Source: an uncultured Desulfosarcina sp.
GTDB taxonomy: Bacteria > Desulfobacterota > Desulfobacteria > Desulfobacterales > Desulfosarcinaceae
Direction of reading: 5' to 3'
Length of the DNA stretch: 64,000 nt
Assembly (NCBI GenBank): GCA_963674945.2
Contig: CAXXWQ010000004.1
Coordinates: forward strand, 2,784,001-2,848,000
The notes beneath the pieces were generated by a model that was not told the origin of the DNA, ran no database searches, and worked only from the letters and a program-made list of their open reading frames with translations. Of this stretch, positions 47,698 through 58,013 are shown in pieces. Each line of letters starts with the position of its first letter. The stretch's first letter is position 1. Made by a program: the position numbers and the translations under genes.

Positions 47698-49398
47698 ATG
47701 ACCAAAATAATAAATATTTTCAGAAATTTAAAAATTCGTGCCAAGCTCTTTTCCAGTTTTTCGATCCTGCTTTTATTCATGGGCCTCATCGGATATACGG
47801 GCTACAATAGCGTACGTCATGTTATGGAGGACCTGAAAGAGATTTTCAACGTACGCCTGCCCAGCATCAATTATCTTTTGCAGGCCGACAGAGATCTTCA
47901 CCAGTTGCTTGTGGCGGAGCGGTCGATGATCTTTGCCAATACGAAATCGGACCAATTCAAGGAACTGGTATCCGAGTACGAGACCAATCTGAAGCAAGCC
48001 GAAGAGCGCTGGGAGAAATTCAAGGCACTGCCGGCAAGTCCCGAGGAAGAGGCCATCATGCCGGTTTATGACAAGGCACGCAAAGAGTGGATGGCCGTTT
48101 CCCGGAAAATCGTGGAGGGTCGGTTGGCGGATACCCGACAGGGGAGACGATATGCTCTGGATGTTGCCCTTGGCGAAGCAAAAACCAAGTTCGAACAGAT
48201 GCGCGACCACCTGGACAAACTGACGGAGATCAACCTGACCATTGCCGCCCAGGCGGAGGAGGCTGCTTCCAAAAGTTATCAACATGCCGTTGTCGTTCTG
48301 ATGACGACCCTGGCCATGAGCATTTTTCTGGGAATTGTGATGGCCTGGCTGATCGGCCGCAATATCACCCGCCCGGTAAACGCTGCCGTTGAAAGTCTCA
48401 AGGACATCGCCCAGGGTGAAGGGGACCTGACAATGCGCCTGCCGGTAAGCAGCCGGGACGAGGTGGGTGAACTGTCCCGCTGGTTCAACACCTTTATCGA
48501 GAAACTCCAGGGTGTCATCAGGGAGATCGCCGGCGGCGTGGAGACCCTCTCTTCGTCGTCCACGGAGCTTTCCACTATCAGCGACCAGATGGCTCAGGGG
48601 ATAGAAAACGTCACGGACAAGTCAAACACCGTCTCTGCCGCCGCCGAAGAGATGAGTACCAACATGAATAACGTTGCTGCCGCCATGGAGCAGTCGGCCA
48701 CCAACACCAATATGGTGGCCGCCGCCGCCGAACAGATGTCCGCTACCGTCGGCGAAATCGCCCAGAACGCGGAAAAGGCGCGTAGCACCTCCGAAGAGGC
48801 GGCGAAGAAAGCGACCAGTACATCGGCCAACATGGATCAGCTGGGTGCGGCGGCACAGGCCATCGGCAAGGTTGTCGAGACCATCACCGACATCAGTGAG
48901 CAGGTGAATCTGTTGGCACTCAACGCCACCATCGAGGCGGCACGGGCCGGCGAGGCGGGCAAGGGCTTTGCCGTAGTGGCGAACGAGATCAAGGAACTGG
49001 CCAAGCAAACCGCCGCGGCAACAGGTGATATAAAGGAGAAGATCGATCGGATCCAGGGTACCACCGATACCACGGTGGAACAGATCGGTGAGATCGCCCA
49101 GGTGATCGCCGCCGTCAACGACGTGGTGGCCACCATTGCCGCCGCCGTCGAGGAGCAATCGACCTCCACGAGGGATATCGCAACCAATGTGACCCAGGCG
49201 TCCCAGGGCATCCAGGATGTCAACGAGAGTGTGAACCAAAGCTCTTCCGTATCTGCCGAGATGTCAAAGGACATCGGCGAGGTCAGCGTATCCATGAACG
49301 AAATGTCCACGAGCAGCAGCCAGGTGAATCTCAGCGCCCGGGAACTGTCCACACTTTCGGAAAACCTGAAACGGCTGGTGGATCAGTTTAAGGTGTAG
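47698..49398 (+). CDS. Methyl-accepting chemotaxis protein (four-helix-bundle sensor, HAMP)
   Basis: TM-periplasmic 4HB-TM; HAMP GDLT...DEVGEL; signalling hairpin [34 protein letters not shown]. Confidence 0.95.
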   Translation: MTKIINIFRNLKIRAKLFSSFSILLLFMGLIGYTGYNSVRHVMEDLKEIFNVRLPSINYLLQADRDLHQLLVAERSMIFANTKSDQFKELVSEYETNLKQAEERWEKFKALPASPEEEAIMPVYDKARKEWMAVSRKIVEGRLADTRQGRRYALDVALGEAKTKFEQMRDHLDKLTEINLTIAAQAEEAASKSYQHAVVVLMTTLAMSIFLGIVMAWLIGRNITRPVNAAVESLKDIAQGEGDLTMRLPVSSRDEVGELSRWFNTFIEKLQGVIREIAGGVETLSSSSTELSTISDQMAQGIENVTDKSNTVSAAAEEMSTNMNNVAAAMEQSATNTNMVAAAAEQMSATVGEIAQNAEKARSTSEEAAKKATSTSANMDQLGAAAQAIGKVVETITDISEQVNLLALNATIEAARAGEAGKGFAVVANEIKELAKQTAAATGDIKEKIDRIQGTTDTTVEQIGEIAQVIAAVNDVVATIAAAVEEQSTSTRDIATNVTQASQGIQDVNESVNQSSSVSAEMSKDIGEVSVSMNEMSTSSSQVNLSARELSTLSENLKRLVDQFKV

Positions 49399-49440
49399 AA
49401 ATCCTGGGAGCGCGATTGGTATCGCGCTCCCAGGATTTTT
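49399..49440 (+). terminator. Rho-independent terminator
   Basis: Perfect 18-bp stem AAATCCTGGGAGCGCGAT-TGGT-ATCGCGCTCCCAGGATTT followed by a T-rich tract, directly after the MCP stop. Confidence 0.85.
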
Positions 49441-49500
49441 ATAATTGGTTTTTTTTTCTTTCCTATAGCACGAGCAAAGATTCTCGCTGCAGGTATCCTG

Positions 49501-50757
49501 ATGACAGAGATGCGTGGAAATTCGAAAATCTACGATCATTTTTTCGTGGCCAGGCAGCCGATTTTTCATGAAAACGGACAGATCTGGGGGTATGAATTAT
49601 TGTTTCGGTCCGGCCCGGACTATCAAATCGCAGCCATCACCGACGGTGACCTGGCCACCTTCTCGGTTGCCACCTGTGGATTTATTCGATCCCAGGAAGA
49701 CATCGATCAGAGTAAAAAAATCTGTGTGAATTTTACGGAACAGCTTCTGGTTCAGGGGGCACCTCGGGGATTGCCGAGTACCGTCGCCGTCATCGAGGTG
49801 CTGGAAGACGTGATTCCGTCCGACACGGTGATCGAAAAACTGATCGAGTACAAACAAGAAGGGTATCTGATCGCCATCGACGATTTCGAAGGAAGAACGG
49901 ATATCATGGATTTCATCGGACTGGCGGACATCATCAAAGTCGATGTCTTTGATAAAACAATAGGAGAAATCGAAGGGATCTGCCGGATTATTGAAGGCAG
50001 CAAGGCCGTTCGGCTTGCCGAGAAGGTGGAACACAGCGAACTCATTCCCCCGTTACAACGGTTGGGATTCACCCTTTTCCAGGGGTACTATTTTTCCAAA
50101 CCGGAGCTGTTACGTGGCCGTAAGATCAGTGCCACGGAAATTTCGAAGCTGCGCGTTCTCCAGGTAATCGAGGATGCATCCGCAACGACGGAGACCATCG
50201 AGACGGTGATCGCCTACGACCCGAGCATTACCTATCGACTGTTGCGGCTGTTAAACAGCGCCGCATTCGGCTTTTCCATTAAAATCAAGTCCATCCGTCA
50301 CGCCATAACCTTGGTGGGACTGAAACGCCTGAAAAACTGGCTACGGATGGTGGTGCTGTCCGATCTGTTGGGGGGAAAAAATCCCGAAATCTATACGATG
50401 GCATTGACGCGTGGAAAGATGCTCGAGGAGATGGTCGACGAAGACCAGATTCGGGATACCGGTGCCGAAACGATGTTTTTGTTCGGCCTGCTCTCCCTGA
50501 TCGATACCATGATGGACATCCCCATGGCCCAGATGCTCGACCAGCTCCCCCTTCCGGATGCGATAAAAGCCGGCTACATTGACGAAAACTCCAAGTACAA
50601 CAAATATCTACAACTCCTCGTGGCCGTTGAGCATTCGCGGCCGGATCGATTTACCGGCTTATGCAATGAGCTTGAATTTGACCGGGAACGTGTCGCACAA
50701 GGCTATCTGCGCGCCATTGTATGGGCGAACAAGGTGAACATGCAGGCTCTTCAATAG
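49501..50757 (+). CDS. EAL-HDOD domain protein (YuxH/PdeH-like c-di-GMP phosphodiesterase)
   Basis: ARQPIF, GYELLFR, IEVLE, AIDDF, LAEKVE and FQGYYFSKP; HDOD DPSITYRLLRLLNSAAF. Confidence 0.92.
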   Translation: MTEMRGNSKIYDHFFVARQPIFHENGQIWGYELLFRSGPDYQIAAITDGDLATFSVATCGFIRSQEDIDQSKKICVNFTEQLLVQGAPRGLPSTVAVIEVLEDVIPSDTVIEKLIEYKQEGYLIAIDDFEGRTDIMDFIGLADIIKVDVFDKTIGEIEGICRIIEGSKAVRLAEKVEHSELIPPLQRLGFTLFQGYYFSKPELLRGRKISATEISKLRVLQVIEDASATTETIETVIAYDPSITYRLLRLLNSAAFGFSIKIKSIRHAITLVGLKRLKNWLRMVVLSDLLGGKNPEIYTMALTRGKMLEEMVDEDQIRDTGAETMFLFGLLSLIDTMMDIPMAQMLDQLPLPDAIKAGYIDENSKYNKYLQLLVAVEHSRPDRFTGLCNELEFDRERVAQGYLRAIVWANKVNMQALQ

Positions 50758-51051
50758 GCGAACGCGAGACCAGATTTTCCTTCCCCCCCACCACCCCTCC
50801 CCGTTTGGCGACAGCCGCATGTTGTTGTCTGGCCGGTCGCCTCGAACACATGCCGGGCCGATCCCCATTATCCATACGATTCGGTAAATTTTCGGTTGTC
50901 GTTCCGGATCGGGGAAACGTATGATCATCCCGGAACCAGGGGCACCGAAAGTAAAAAATGTCGTTTGTTTCTATCTATCGGTACTTGACCTGGGCCTGTG
51001 GCTGGAATAGGTAGGGGTGATCAAATTTCGTTAACAGTGTGGGAGGGTGTC

Positions 51052-51918
51052 GTGTCCGATTTCCACGACCTCATACAATTCGTCTTTGCGGGTATCACCA
51101 GTGGTGCCATCTATGCGCTGATCGCATTGGGCTTTTGTGTGGTGAACAATACCATGGGCATCGTCAACTTCGTTCAGGTGGATTTTGTCTCCTTGGGCGG
51201 TATGTTCCTCTTTTCCGGATTGTTCTGGATGGGCCTGCCCATGGTCCTCGCCCTGCCCATGGCCGTGATCACCGTAACCCTGGTGGGCATGGCCGTAGAG
51301 CGAATCGGGATTCGCGCCTCGCGATCCCAAAACCATCTGGTACTGATATTTCTGACCATCGGTATCTCCATCATCCTGCGCGGTATCATGAAGCTGGTGT
51401 GGGGAAAAAACCGGATGGCCGTGCCCTCCCTGATCGGCGACGCCCCCTTGCACATCGCCGGTGCCACTATCTTGCCCCAGGCCGTGGCCATCCTGGTAAT
51501 CACCGCACTGGCCATTTGCCTGCTGGTCTTATTCTTTCAGGGAACCCGGCTGGGCCTGGCAATGCGAGCGGTAGCATCGAATCAGACGGCAGCGGCGGTG
51601 GTGGGGCTTCCCGTGGGTCGTGTAAAGGCGGCCAGCTTTGCCCTGGCCGGCGCTTTGGGCGGACTCGCCGGCGTACTGGTGACTCCCATCACCACCTTGA
51701 GCTACGATGTGGGTGTCCTTTTGGGCCTCAAGGGGTTCGCCGCGGCCATTTTGGGTGGTTTCGGGTCTTTTCCCGGCGCCGTTTTGGGGGGTGTGGGACT
51801 GGGTTTGCTGGAAAGCCTGTCCGCCGGTTATCTCAGCAGTGCCTACAAGGATGTGATGGCGTTCGTGGTATTGCTGCTGGTGCTGTTTGTAAGACCCAAG
51901 GGTTTGCTGGGCAAATAG
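51052..51918 (+). CDS. Branched-chain amino acid-type ABC permease (LivH family)
   Basis: GAIYALIALG, GLAMRAVA and KGFAAAILGG motifs; GTG start at 51052 with GGAGGG RBS. Confidence 0.92.
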   Translation: MSDFHDLIQFVFAGITSGAIYALIALGFCVVNNTMGIVNFVQVDFVSLGGMFLFSGLFWMGLPMVLALPMAVITVTLVGMAVERIGIRASRSQNHLVLIFLTIGISIILRGIMKLVWGKNRMAVPSLIGDAPLHIAGATILPQAVAILVITALAICLLVLFFQGTRLGLAMRAVASNQTAAAVVGLPVGRVKAASFALAGALGGLAGVLVTPITTLSYDVGVLLGLKGFAAAILGGFGSFPGAVLGGVGLGLLESLSAGYLSSAYKDVMAFVVLLLVLFVRPKGLLGK

Positions 51919-51968
51919 GCCGAGTATGCCAAAAACGGGTAAATCCACGAGATGAGACGTTACGTTCA

Positions 51969-52961
51969 ATGATGACCGCCAAGGAAAAGATTCTTTACTT
52001 CATCTACCTGCATCGCACCGGCTTGACCGTTACGGTCCTTTCGGTGCTGCTGCTTTTTTGGCCACTGGTGGAAAAGAACCCGTACACGCTGGGCCTTTCC
52101 AATTTGATCGCCATCCATGCCATGGTGGTATTGGGACTCAACCTGTTCATCGGATACACCGGCCAGATCAGCCTGGGTCATGCGGCCTTTTTCGCCCTCG
52201 GTGCCTACGGATCGGCCCTGGGTACAACCACTTTCGGGTGGCCGGTGTGGATCGTGATGGCACTGGTAGCCGTGTGTACGGCCACCATCGCTTTGTTGGT
52301 GGGACTTCCCGCACTCAAACTGAGCGGACACTACCTTGCCATGGCCACATTGGGTTTCAACATCGTGGTCTATATCGTGCTGGTACAATGGGACACGGTC
52401 ACCGGCGGACCCAGCGGGTTTTCCGGCATCCCCTACATCTCTATCGGTCCAATTGTCTTCGACGAGGAGATCTCTTTTCACTACCTGGTGTGGACCTTTG
52501 CCATGCTCTCTCTTCTCCTTTGCCTCAATCTGGTGCGAAGCGGCGTGGGGCGAGGCCTGTCCGCCCTGGCCGAGGACGAGACCGCTGCGGCCGCCTTGGG
52601 TGTGGATACCCGGGTGGCCAAGGTCAAGGTGTTCGTTCTGTCGGCGGTGCTGACCGCCTTGGCCGGCAGCCTCTTCGCCCATTGCTACGCCTTCGTGAGC
52701 CCCGATTCGTTCAATATTTTCGTTTCCATCGATTTCGTGATCATGGTGATCGTCGGCGGAATGGGATCCATCTGGGGATCCTTGTTCGGTGCAGGGTTGA
52801 TTACCCTTTTGCCGGAATGGATCGAAGCGCTTGTAACTTATAAAGACATCGTTTATGGCCTGATCCTGGTGGTGATCCTGCTCTTCTTGCCCCAGGGGCT
52901 GGTTACGGGGGTCGTGGATGCGGTAAGGACACGCGTTGCCCTGAGGCGCGATCATGCTTGA
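51969..52961 (+). CDS. Branched-chain amino acid-type ABC permease (LivM family)
   Basis: GYTGQISLGHAAF, YLAMATLGF, TGGPSG and GGMGSIWG motifs. Confidence 0.92.
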   Translation: MMTAKEKILYFIYLHRTGLTVTVLSVLLLFWPLVEKNPYTLGLSNLIAIHAMVVLGLNLFIGYTGQISLGHAAFFALGAYGSALGTTTFGWPVWIVMALVAVCTATIALLVGLPALKLSGHYLAMATLGFNIVVYIVLVQWDTVTGGPSGFSGIPYISIGPIVFDEEISFHYLVWTFAMLSLLLCLNLVRSGVGRGLSALAEDETAAAALGVDTRVAKVKVFVLSAVLTALAGSLFAHCYAFVSPDSFNIFVSIDFVIMVIVGGMGSIWGSLFGAGLITLLPEWIEALVTYKDIVYGLILVVILLFLPQGLVTGVVDAVRTRVALRRDHA

Positions 52962-53718
52962 ATTGGAAAACGTGAGCAAATTCTTCGGCGGCCTGCCGGC
53001 GTTGATGGAGGTTTCCTTTGCCGCAGAGCCGGGAAAGGTCACGGCGCTCATCGGCCCCAACGGGGCCGGAAAATCCACCCTGATCGACTGCATCAGCGGA
53101 GTCAACCAGATCCAAAGCGGGCGGATTCATTTGGAGAATATGCGTATCGACGGGAAACCGGCACATGAAATCGCCGGACTGAAAGTGACACGGACCTTTC
53201 AGAACCTGAAGATCTTCTCCCGGTTGTCCGTGCTGGACAATGTGCTCACCGGACTGACGGTGGCGGCCGAGCGATCGTTTCTCTTTTCCATGTTGCGTCT
53301 GCCCCCGCTTCGCCACCAGGAGCGGCGCCTGCGGCTTCGTGCCTTGGAAGCACTGGACAATTTTGGGCTGGCCAAGAAAGCCCACTGGCCGGCTGCGGCG
53401 CTTTCCTACGGTGAGAAAAAGCGGGTGGAGATGGCCCGTGCCTTCGTAGGAGAACCGAAGCTTGTCCTTTTGGACGAACCCGTAGCAGGGCTCAACGCCG
53501 ACGAAACGGCACATGTTGCACATCATATCTGCCGGCAGCGAAACGCAGGCCACACCATGCTGCTGGTGGAGCACGACATGGACCTTGTGATGGCGGTGGC
53601 CGATCGGGTCGTCGTGTTGGACAGCGGCCGGTGCATCGCACAGGGAAAGCCGGACGAAGTGCGCCGGAACCCCCTGGTACTGGAGGCCTATCTGGGCCGC
53701 ATGGAGGCGACTGCCTGA
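52954..53718 (+). CDS. ABC ATP-binding protein (LivG family)
   Basis: GPNGAGKST, RTFQ, LSYG, LDEP, VEHDM and V.EAYLG motifs. Confidence 0.93.
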   Translation: MLELENVSKFFGGLPALMEVSFAAEPGKVTALIGPNGAGKSTLIDCISGVNQIQSGRIHLENMRIDGKPAHEIAGLKVTRTFQNLKIFSRLSVLDNVLTGLTVAAERSFLFSMLRLPPLRHQERRLRLRALEALDNFGLAKKAHWPAAALSYGEKKRVEMARAFVGEPKLVLLDEPVAGLNADETAHVAHHICRQRNAGHTMLLVEHDMDLVMAVADRVVVLDSGRCIAQGKPDEVRRNPLVLEAYLGRMEATA

Positions 53719-53719
53719 G

Positions 53720-55825
53720 ATGCGCAACGACCATTTACTTTCCATCCAAGGTGCGACGGCCCATTACGGAGCGGCCCAGGCCCTTTTCGGCGTGGACCTG
53801 AACGTCATGCCTGGAGAGACCGTTGCGCTGGTGGGGGCAAATGGTGCCGGCAAGACCACCTTGCTCAAATGCATCATGGGACTCATGCCCTTTTCCGGAG
53901 GCAGCCTGCACCTGGATGGCCGGCGGATCAGAAAGGCGTCTCCGGCCCGAATGGTTCGAAGGGGCCTTGCCCTGACCCCCGAAGGACGGGAGGTGTTCGG
54001 GCACCTGACCGTGGCGGAGAATCTCGAACTGGGGGCGGCAGCCGTAAAGACAGGACGAAGGGAAGTGGCCCGACGCATGAAGGGGGTATACGATCGGTTC
54101 GGTCGTCTGGCAGAGCGGAAGGATCAGGTGGCCGGAACCCTTTCCGGTGGCGAGCAACAGATGCTGGCCATGGGGCGGGCGCTCATGTCCCGGCCCCGCC
54201 TTTTGCTGCTGGATGAACCCAGCCTCGGCCTGGCACCGTTGGTCACCGATGAAATTTTTTCGATCATCCACCAGTTGTCCCGCGCCGGCGTGACCATTTT
54301 GCTAGTGGAACAAAATGCCGCACGGGCCCTGTCGGCCTCCCACAGGGCCTTTTTGATGGCCGGTGGACGCATCGTCCAACATGGAAAAAGCGATGATCTG
54401 CTGTTGAATCCAAATCTGCGCGCCGCTTTTTTGGGAGCCGCCAGCCAAGATAAACCCGGAGCCAGTAGACTGGGTGGCGCCGGTCTGACCAATATTCGTT
54501 TGGAGAAACCACTCATGCACAAAAAGACATTCATACCCGATTTCATCGATGAAAAAGACCTTGCGGCACACCAGCTCAAAGGACTGCAATGGACCGTCCG
54601 TCATGCCTTCGAAGGATCCAGTTTCTACCGCCAGCGCCTGGAGGCGGCCGGGGTTGCGCCCGATTCCATCCAAAGTCTGGACGATCTTCGGCGGCTGCCG
54701 TTCACCACCGCAGACGACCTGCGCGAATTCTACCCCTTTCCGCTTCGGTCGGTTCCCTTCGAGCAGATTGTTCGCATTCACGCCAGTTCCGGAACCACGG
54801 GCAAACGTAAGATCATCGGTTACACCCAAAAGGACATCGACGACTGGATTCACTTCTTCGCTCGCTGCTACGAAATGGCCGGCGTCACCCCCCTGGACCG
54901 GGTGCAGATCGCCGTGGGGTACGGAATCTGGACCGCCGGCATGGGATTCCAGCTGGGATGCGAGAAGGTCGGTGCCATGGCGGTACCGGTGGGACCGGGA
55001 AATATAGATATGCACCTTCAGTTCATGGAAGATCTGCGTTCGACGGTATTTTGCAGCACGGCTTCCATGGCACTTCTCATGGCAGAGGAGATCCACCACC
55101 GTGGTATTGCCGACAAGATCAACATCCGCAAGATTATTTACGGTTCCGAGCGCAGCTCCCGATCCATGCGCCAGAAAATTTCCGATCTGTTCGGTGGCGC
55201 GGAACTCTTCGACATCACGGGATTAACCGAGCTTTACGGTCCCGGAACCGGCATCGAGTGCAGCGACCACGACTGCATCCACTACTGGGGTGACTACTAT
55301 ATCCTTGAAATCGTGGATCCAAAGACCCTGGAACCGCTGCCCGACGGCGAATGGGGGGAAATGGTGGTAACCACCTTGCAAAAAGAGGCCGCTCCATTGA
55401 TCCGCTATCGCACAAGGGATATCACCCGCATCATTCCCGGCCGTTGCACCTGCGGATCGATCGTTCCACGGCATTCCCGCATCAAGGGACGCAGCGACGA
55501 CACCATCAAGTTCAGGGGGGTCAACATCTATCCCTCGACCATCGATACCATTTTGTCCGCCATTCCCGGCCTTGGCTCCGAGTACCAGATTAAACTGAAC
55601 CGGGACGAAAAGAGTGGAAAGGATTTTATGAAATTGGTGGTCGAACGGGGCCAGGGCGTCGATGCCGATCGATCGGCGCAGCTGATCCATGAGACCGAGT
55701 ACCAGATCAAAAAGCAGCTTCTGGTCTCCACACAGGTGGAGCTGGTGGACTACCAGGCGCTACCGCGGACCCAGCGAAAGAGTCAGCGGGTGTTTGATAC
55801 GAGGATCACCGACGAAATCGTTTAA
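53720..55825 (+). CDS. In-frame fusion of a LivF-type ABC ATPase and a phenylacetate-CoA ligase (PaaK family)
   Basis: aa 1 to about 240: GANGAGKT, LSGGEQQM, LDEPSLGLAP, VEQN. Then a linker. From Met266 (54515): HASSGTTGK, GLTELYGPG, RYRTRD, GRSDD, RGVNIYP. There is no stop between the domains. Confidence 0.88.
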   Translation: MRNDHLLSIQGATAHYGAAQALFGVDLNVMPGETVALVGANGAGKTTLLKCIMGLMPFSGGSLHLDGRRIRKASPARMVRRGLALTPEGREVFGHLTVAENLELGAAAVKTGRREVARRMKGVYDRFGRLAERKDQVAGTLSGGEQQMLAMGRALMSRPRLLLLDEPSLGLAPLVTDEIFSIIHQLSRAGVTILLVEQNAARALSASHRAFLMAGGRIVQHGKSDDLLLNPNLRAAFLGAASQDKPGASRLGGAGLTNIRLEKPLMHKKTFIPDFIDEKDLAAHQLKGLQWTVRHAFEGSSFYRQRLEAAGVAPDSIQSLDDLRRLPFTTADDLREFYPFPLRSVPFEQIVRIHASSGTTGKRKIIGYTQKDIDDWIHFFARCYEMAGVTPLDRVQIAVGYGIWTAGMGFQLGCEKVGAMAVPVGPGNIDMHLQFMEDLRSTVFCSTASMALLMAEEIHHRGIADKINIRKIIYGSERSSRSMRQKISDLFGGAELFDITGLTELYGPGTGIECSDHDCIHYWGDYYILEIVDPKTLEPLPDGEWGEMVVTTLQKEAAPLIRYRTRDITRIIPGRCTCGSIVPRHSRIKGRSDDTIKFRGVNIYPSTIDTILSAIPGLGSEYQIKLNRDEKSGKDFMKLVVERGQGVDADRSAQLIHETEYQIKKQLLVSTQVELVDYQALPRTQRKSQRVFDTRITDEIV

Positions 55826-55900
55826 AATTGGGGCTGCGGCCCAGTTTTAATGGGAAATGGCACACAACAACAGGGGTGAACAGGAGCAAGGAGGAAAACG

Positions 55901-57070
55901 ATGAGAAGAATTGGGAAGCTGGTTTTGATTACCGTTTTGACGATGGTGATGGCAGGCGGGGTTGCATTTGCTGATGATATGATCAAGATCGGTGCCTTTT
56001 TCGATCTGTCCGGTCCGGCCGCCGCCATCGGCACCCCCACCAAGTTGGTGGCTGAAATGGTGGTGGACAAGATCAATGGAGAGGGTGGTGTCAATGGAAA
56101 AAAAATCGAATTGATCCTGGGTGACACCGAAGGCGACCCGGCAAAGGCGGTGAACATCGCAAAGAAATTCATTTACAAGGACAAGGTGGCCGCCATCATC
56201 GGCCCCACCCGAACCGGTACCGGCATGGCCGTCAAGAGAATCATACACGACGGCAAGATCCCGGCATTCATGACCGTGGGAGGAGATCCGGTCATCATGG
56301 GGGGAGAGAAACTGGGTCCCTTCGACTGGGTGTTCAAATCGCCACAACGCTCGTCGGTGGCCGTCAAGCGGTTGTACATGTACCTGAAAGAGAAGGGGTT
56401 GACCAAGATCGGCCTGCTCACCGCTTCGGACGGCTTCGGCAAGGACGGCGTTCGATGGCTGACCAAGCTGGCGCCCGAGTATGGCATCCAGGTGGTGGCC
56501 CAGGAGAGCTTCGGTCCCAAAGACACCGACATGACCGCCCAGCTGACCAATGCAAAAAATGCAGCACCCCAGGCCCTGGTGGTCTGGACCATCGGTCCGG
56601 CCGGCGCCATCGTTTCCAAGAACAAGGCCCAGTTGGGTATCGATCTGCCCCTGTTCCAATGCCACGGGCTGCCTGATCCCAAATATGTCGAACTGGCCGG
56701 CAAAGCCAGTGAGGGGGACCGCATGCCGGCCACCAAATTGATGATCGCCGATGCCCTGCCCGACGATGATCCCCAGAAGCCGGTCATTCAGGAGTTCATC
56801 CACCTCTACACCGACGTCTATCACTATGACAAACAGTTTCCCATCAACACCCATTCCGGGTATGCCTGGGATGCCATTCTGATTGTCGCCAACGCCATGA
56901 AGACGGCGGGCACCGATGCCGAGGCGCTACGAAGCGCCATCGAGCAGACCAAGGGCTACGTAGGCGTCTCCGGTGTCTACAACCTCACACCCGAAGACCA
57001 CAACGGTCTGGATGTGGATTCCATGGTGGTCGTGCAGGTCAAGGGTGGAAAATTCGTGAGGGCACAGTAA
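55901..57070 (+). CDS. ABC substrate-binding protein (LivK/HAAT family)
   Basis: Signal peptide; IKIGAFFDLSGPAA, GGVNGKKIEL...D and IIGP; GGAGG RBS. Confidence 0.92.
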   Translation: MRRIGKLVLITVLTMVMAGGVAFADDMIKIGAFFDLSGPAAAIGTPTKLVAEMVVDKINGEGGVNGKKIELILGDTEGDPAKAVNIAKKFIYKDKVAAIIGPTRTGTGMAVKRIIHDGKIPAFMTVGGDPVIMGGEKLGPFDWVFKSPQRSSVAVKRLYMYLKEKGLTKIGLLTASDGFGKDGVRWLTKLAPEYGIQVVAQESFGPKDTDMTAQLTNAKNAAPQALVVWTIGPAGAIVSKNKAQLGIDLPLFQCHGLPDPKYVELAGKASEGDRMPATKLMIADALPDDDPQKPVIQEFIHLYTDVYHYDKQFPINTHSGYAWDAILIVANAMKTAGTDAEALRSAIEQTKGYVGVSGVYNLTPEDHNGLDVDSMVVVQVKGGKFVRAQ

Positions 57071-57098
57071 TCGGCCATGGGGAAGGAACGTTTCGCCG

Positions 57099-58013
57099 CT
57101 ACCGGACGTGCCGACCGGTTTTCCGGTTCAGCCACAATTCGAAACGTTCCACCAGCAAGGAGCAGGTCAGGCAGAGAACGAAGTAGATGGCCAAAACGGT
57201 AAGCCACACCTCGAAGGTGAGAAAGGTGGCGGCCATCAGCTCCATGCCCTGAAAGGTGAGTTCCTGGATGGAGATCACCGATACGATGGCCGAGTCTTTG
57301 ATGGTGGAGATGAACTGCCCGGCCATGGGGGGGATCACCCGAACCAGCGCCTGGGGGAAAATCACGTACAAAAGCTGCTGGTTGCGGGTAAACCCCAGTG
57401 CGGAAGAGGCCTCCCACTGACCGCTGTCGATGGATTGGATGCCCGCCCGTATGATTTCCGTCATATAGGCCCCTTCGTATACCCCAAGGGCCAGGGTCCC
57501 GGAAAGAAAGACGGACATTCGGGAAGGGTCGTCCATGGCGAACCGGAGAAAGACGGACAATGGCCCCTCTTCCAGGTTCGCCAATCGGTCGACCCCCAGG
57601 GCCGGCAGGAGCCGGTCGCCGATGAAGTAGTAAAAGAGGAAGATCCATACCAAGACCGGTATGTTACGGATGATGGCCACGTATCCGGCGCCCAGCAAGC
57701 GCCGGTAGCGGCTGCGGCCGGTTCGAAACAGCCCCATGATGATTCCCATGACCAACGACAGGACCGAAGCCCAGATGCTGAGGCGCAGGGTGACCAGCAC
57801 GCCTTGGGTGATCAGTCCGGGAACCCATCGATCACGGGCGGCATCGAACCGGAAAAGGTACTGGGGGATGACCTGCCAGTTCCACTGATACTGGGCATGG
57901 ATGTTGGCCCGGTAGAGCCACCATACCGCCGCCACGCCGATTCCGGTGAGCAGGAAAAGGTCCCACTTGGTGATTTTCAAGGGCTTGGGGATCACTTGAG
58001 CCGGGATTCCCAA
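57099..58013 (-). CDS. Polar amino acid ABC permease
   Basis: RNIPVLV, AYMTEIIRAGI..GQWEA, PQA and IKDSA motifs; the annotated start overlaps the upstream gene and is uncertain. Confidence 0.9.
   Translation of the reverse strand: MGIPAQVIPKPLKITKWDLFLLTGIGVAAVWWLYRANIHAQYQWNWQVIPQYLFRFDAARDRWVPGLITQGVLVTLRLSIWASVLSLVMGIIMGLFRTGRSRYRRLLGAGYVAIIRNIPVLVWIFLFYYFIGDRLLPALGVDRLANLEEGPLSVFLRFAMDDPSRMSVFLSGTLALGVYEGAYMTEIIRAGIQSIDSGQWEASSALGFTRNQQLLYVIFPQALVRVIPPMAGQFISTIKDSAIVSVISIQELTFQGMELMAATFLTFEVWLTVLAIYFVLCLTCSLLVERFELWLNRKTGRHVR

Noticed and set aside
51039..51968. Long N-terminal extension of livM (apparent 640-aa protein)
   Set aside because: It is a shadow frame over livH; LivM-like sequence starts near 51969. 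Similar over-extensions were trimmed for the cyclase, korB, glycerate kinase, the MCP and the ABC genes at 32814-34987.
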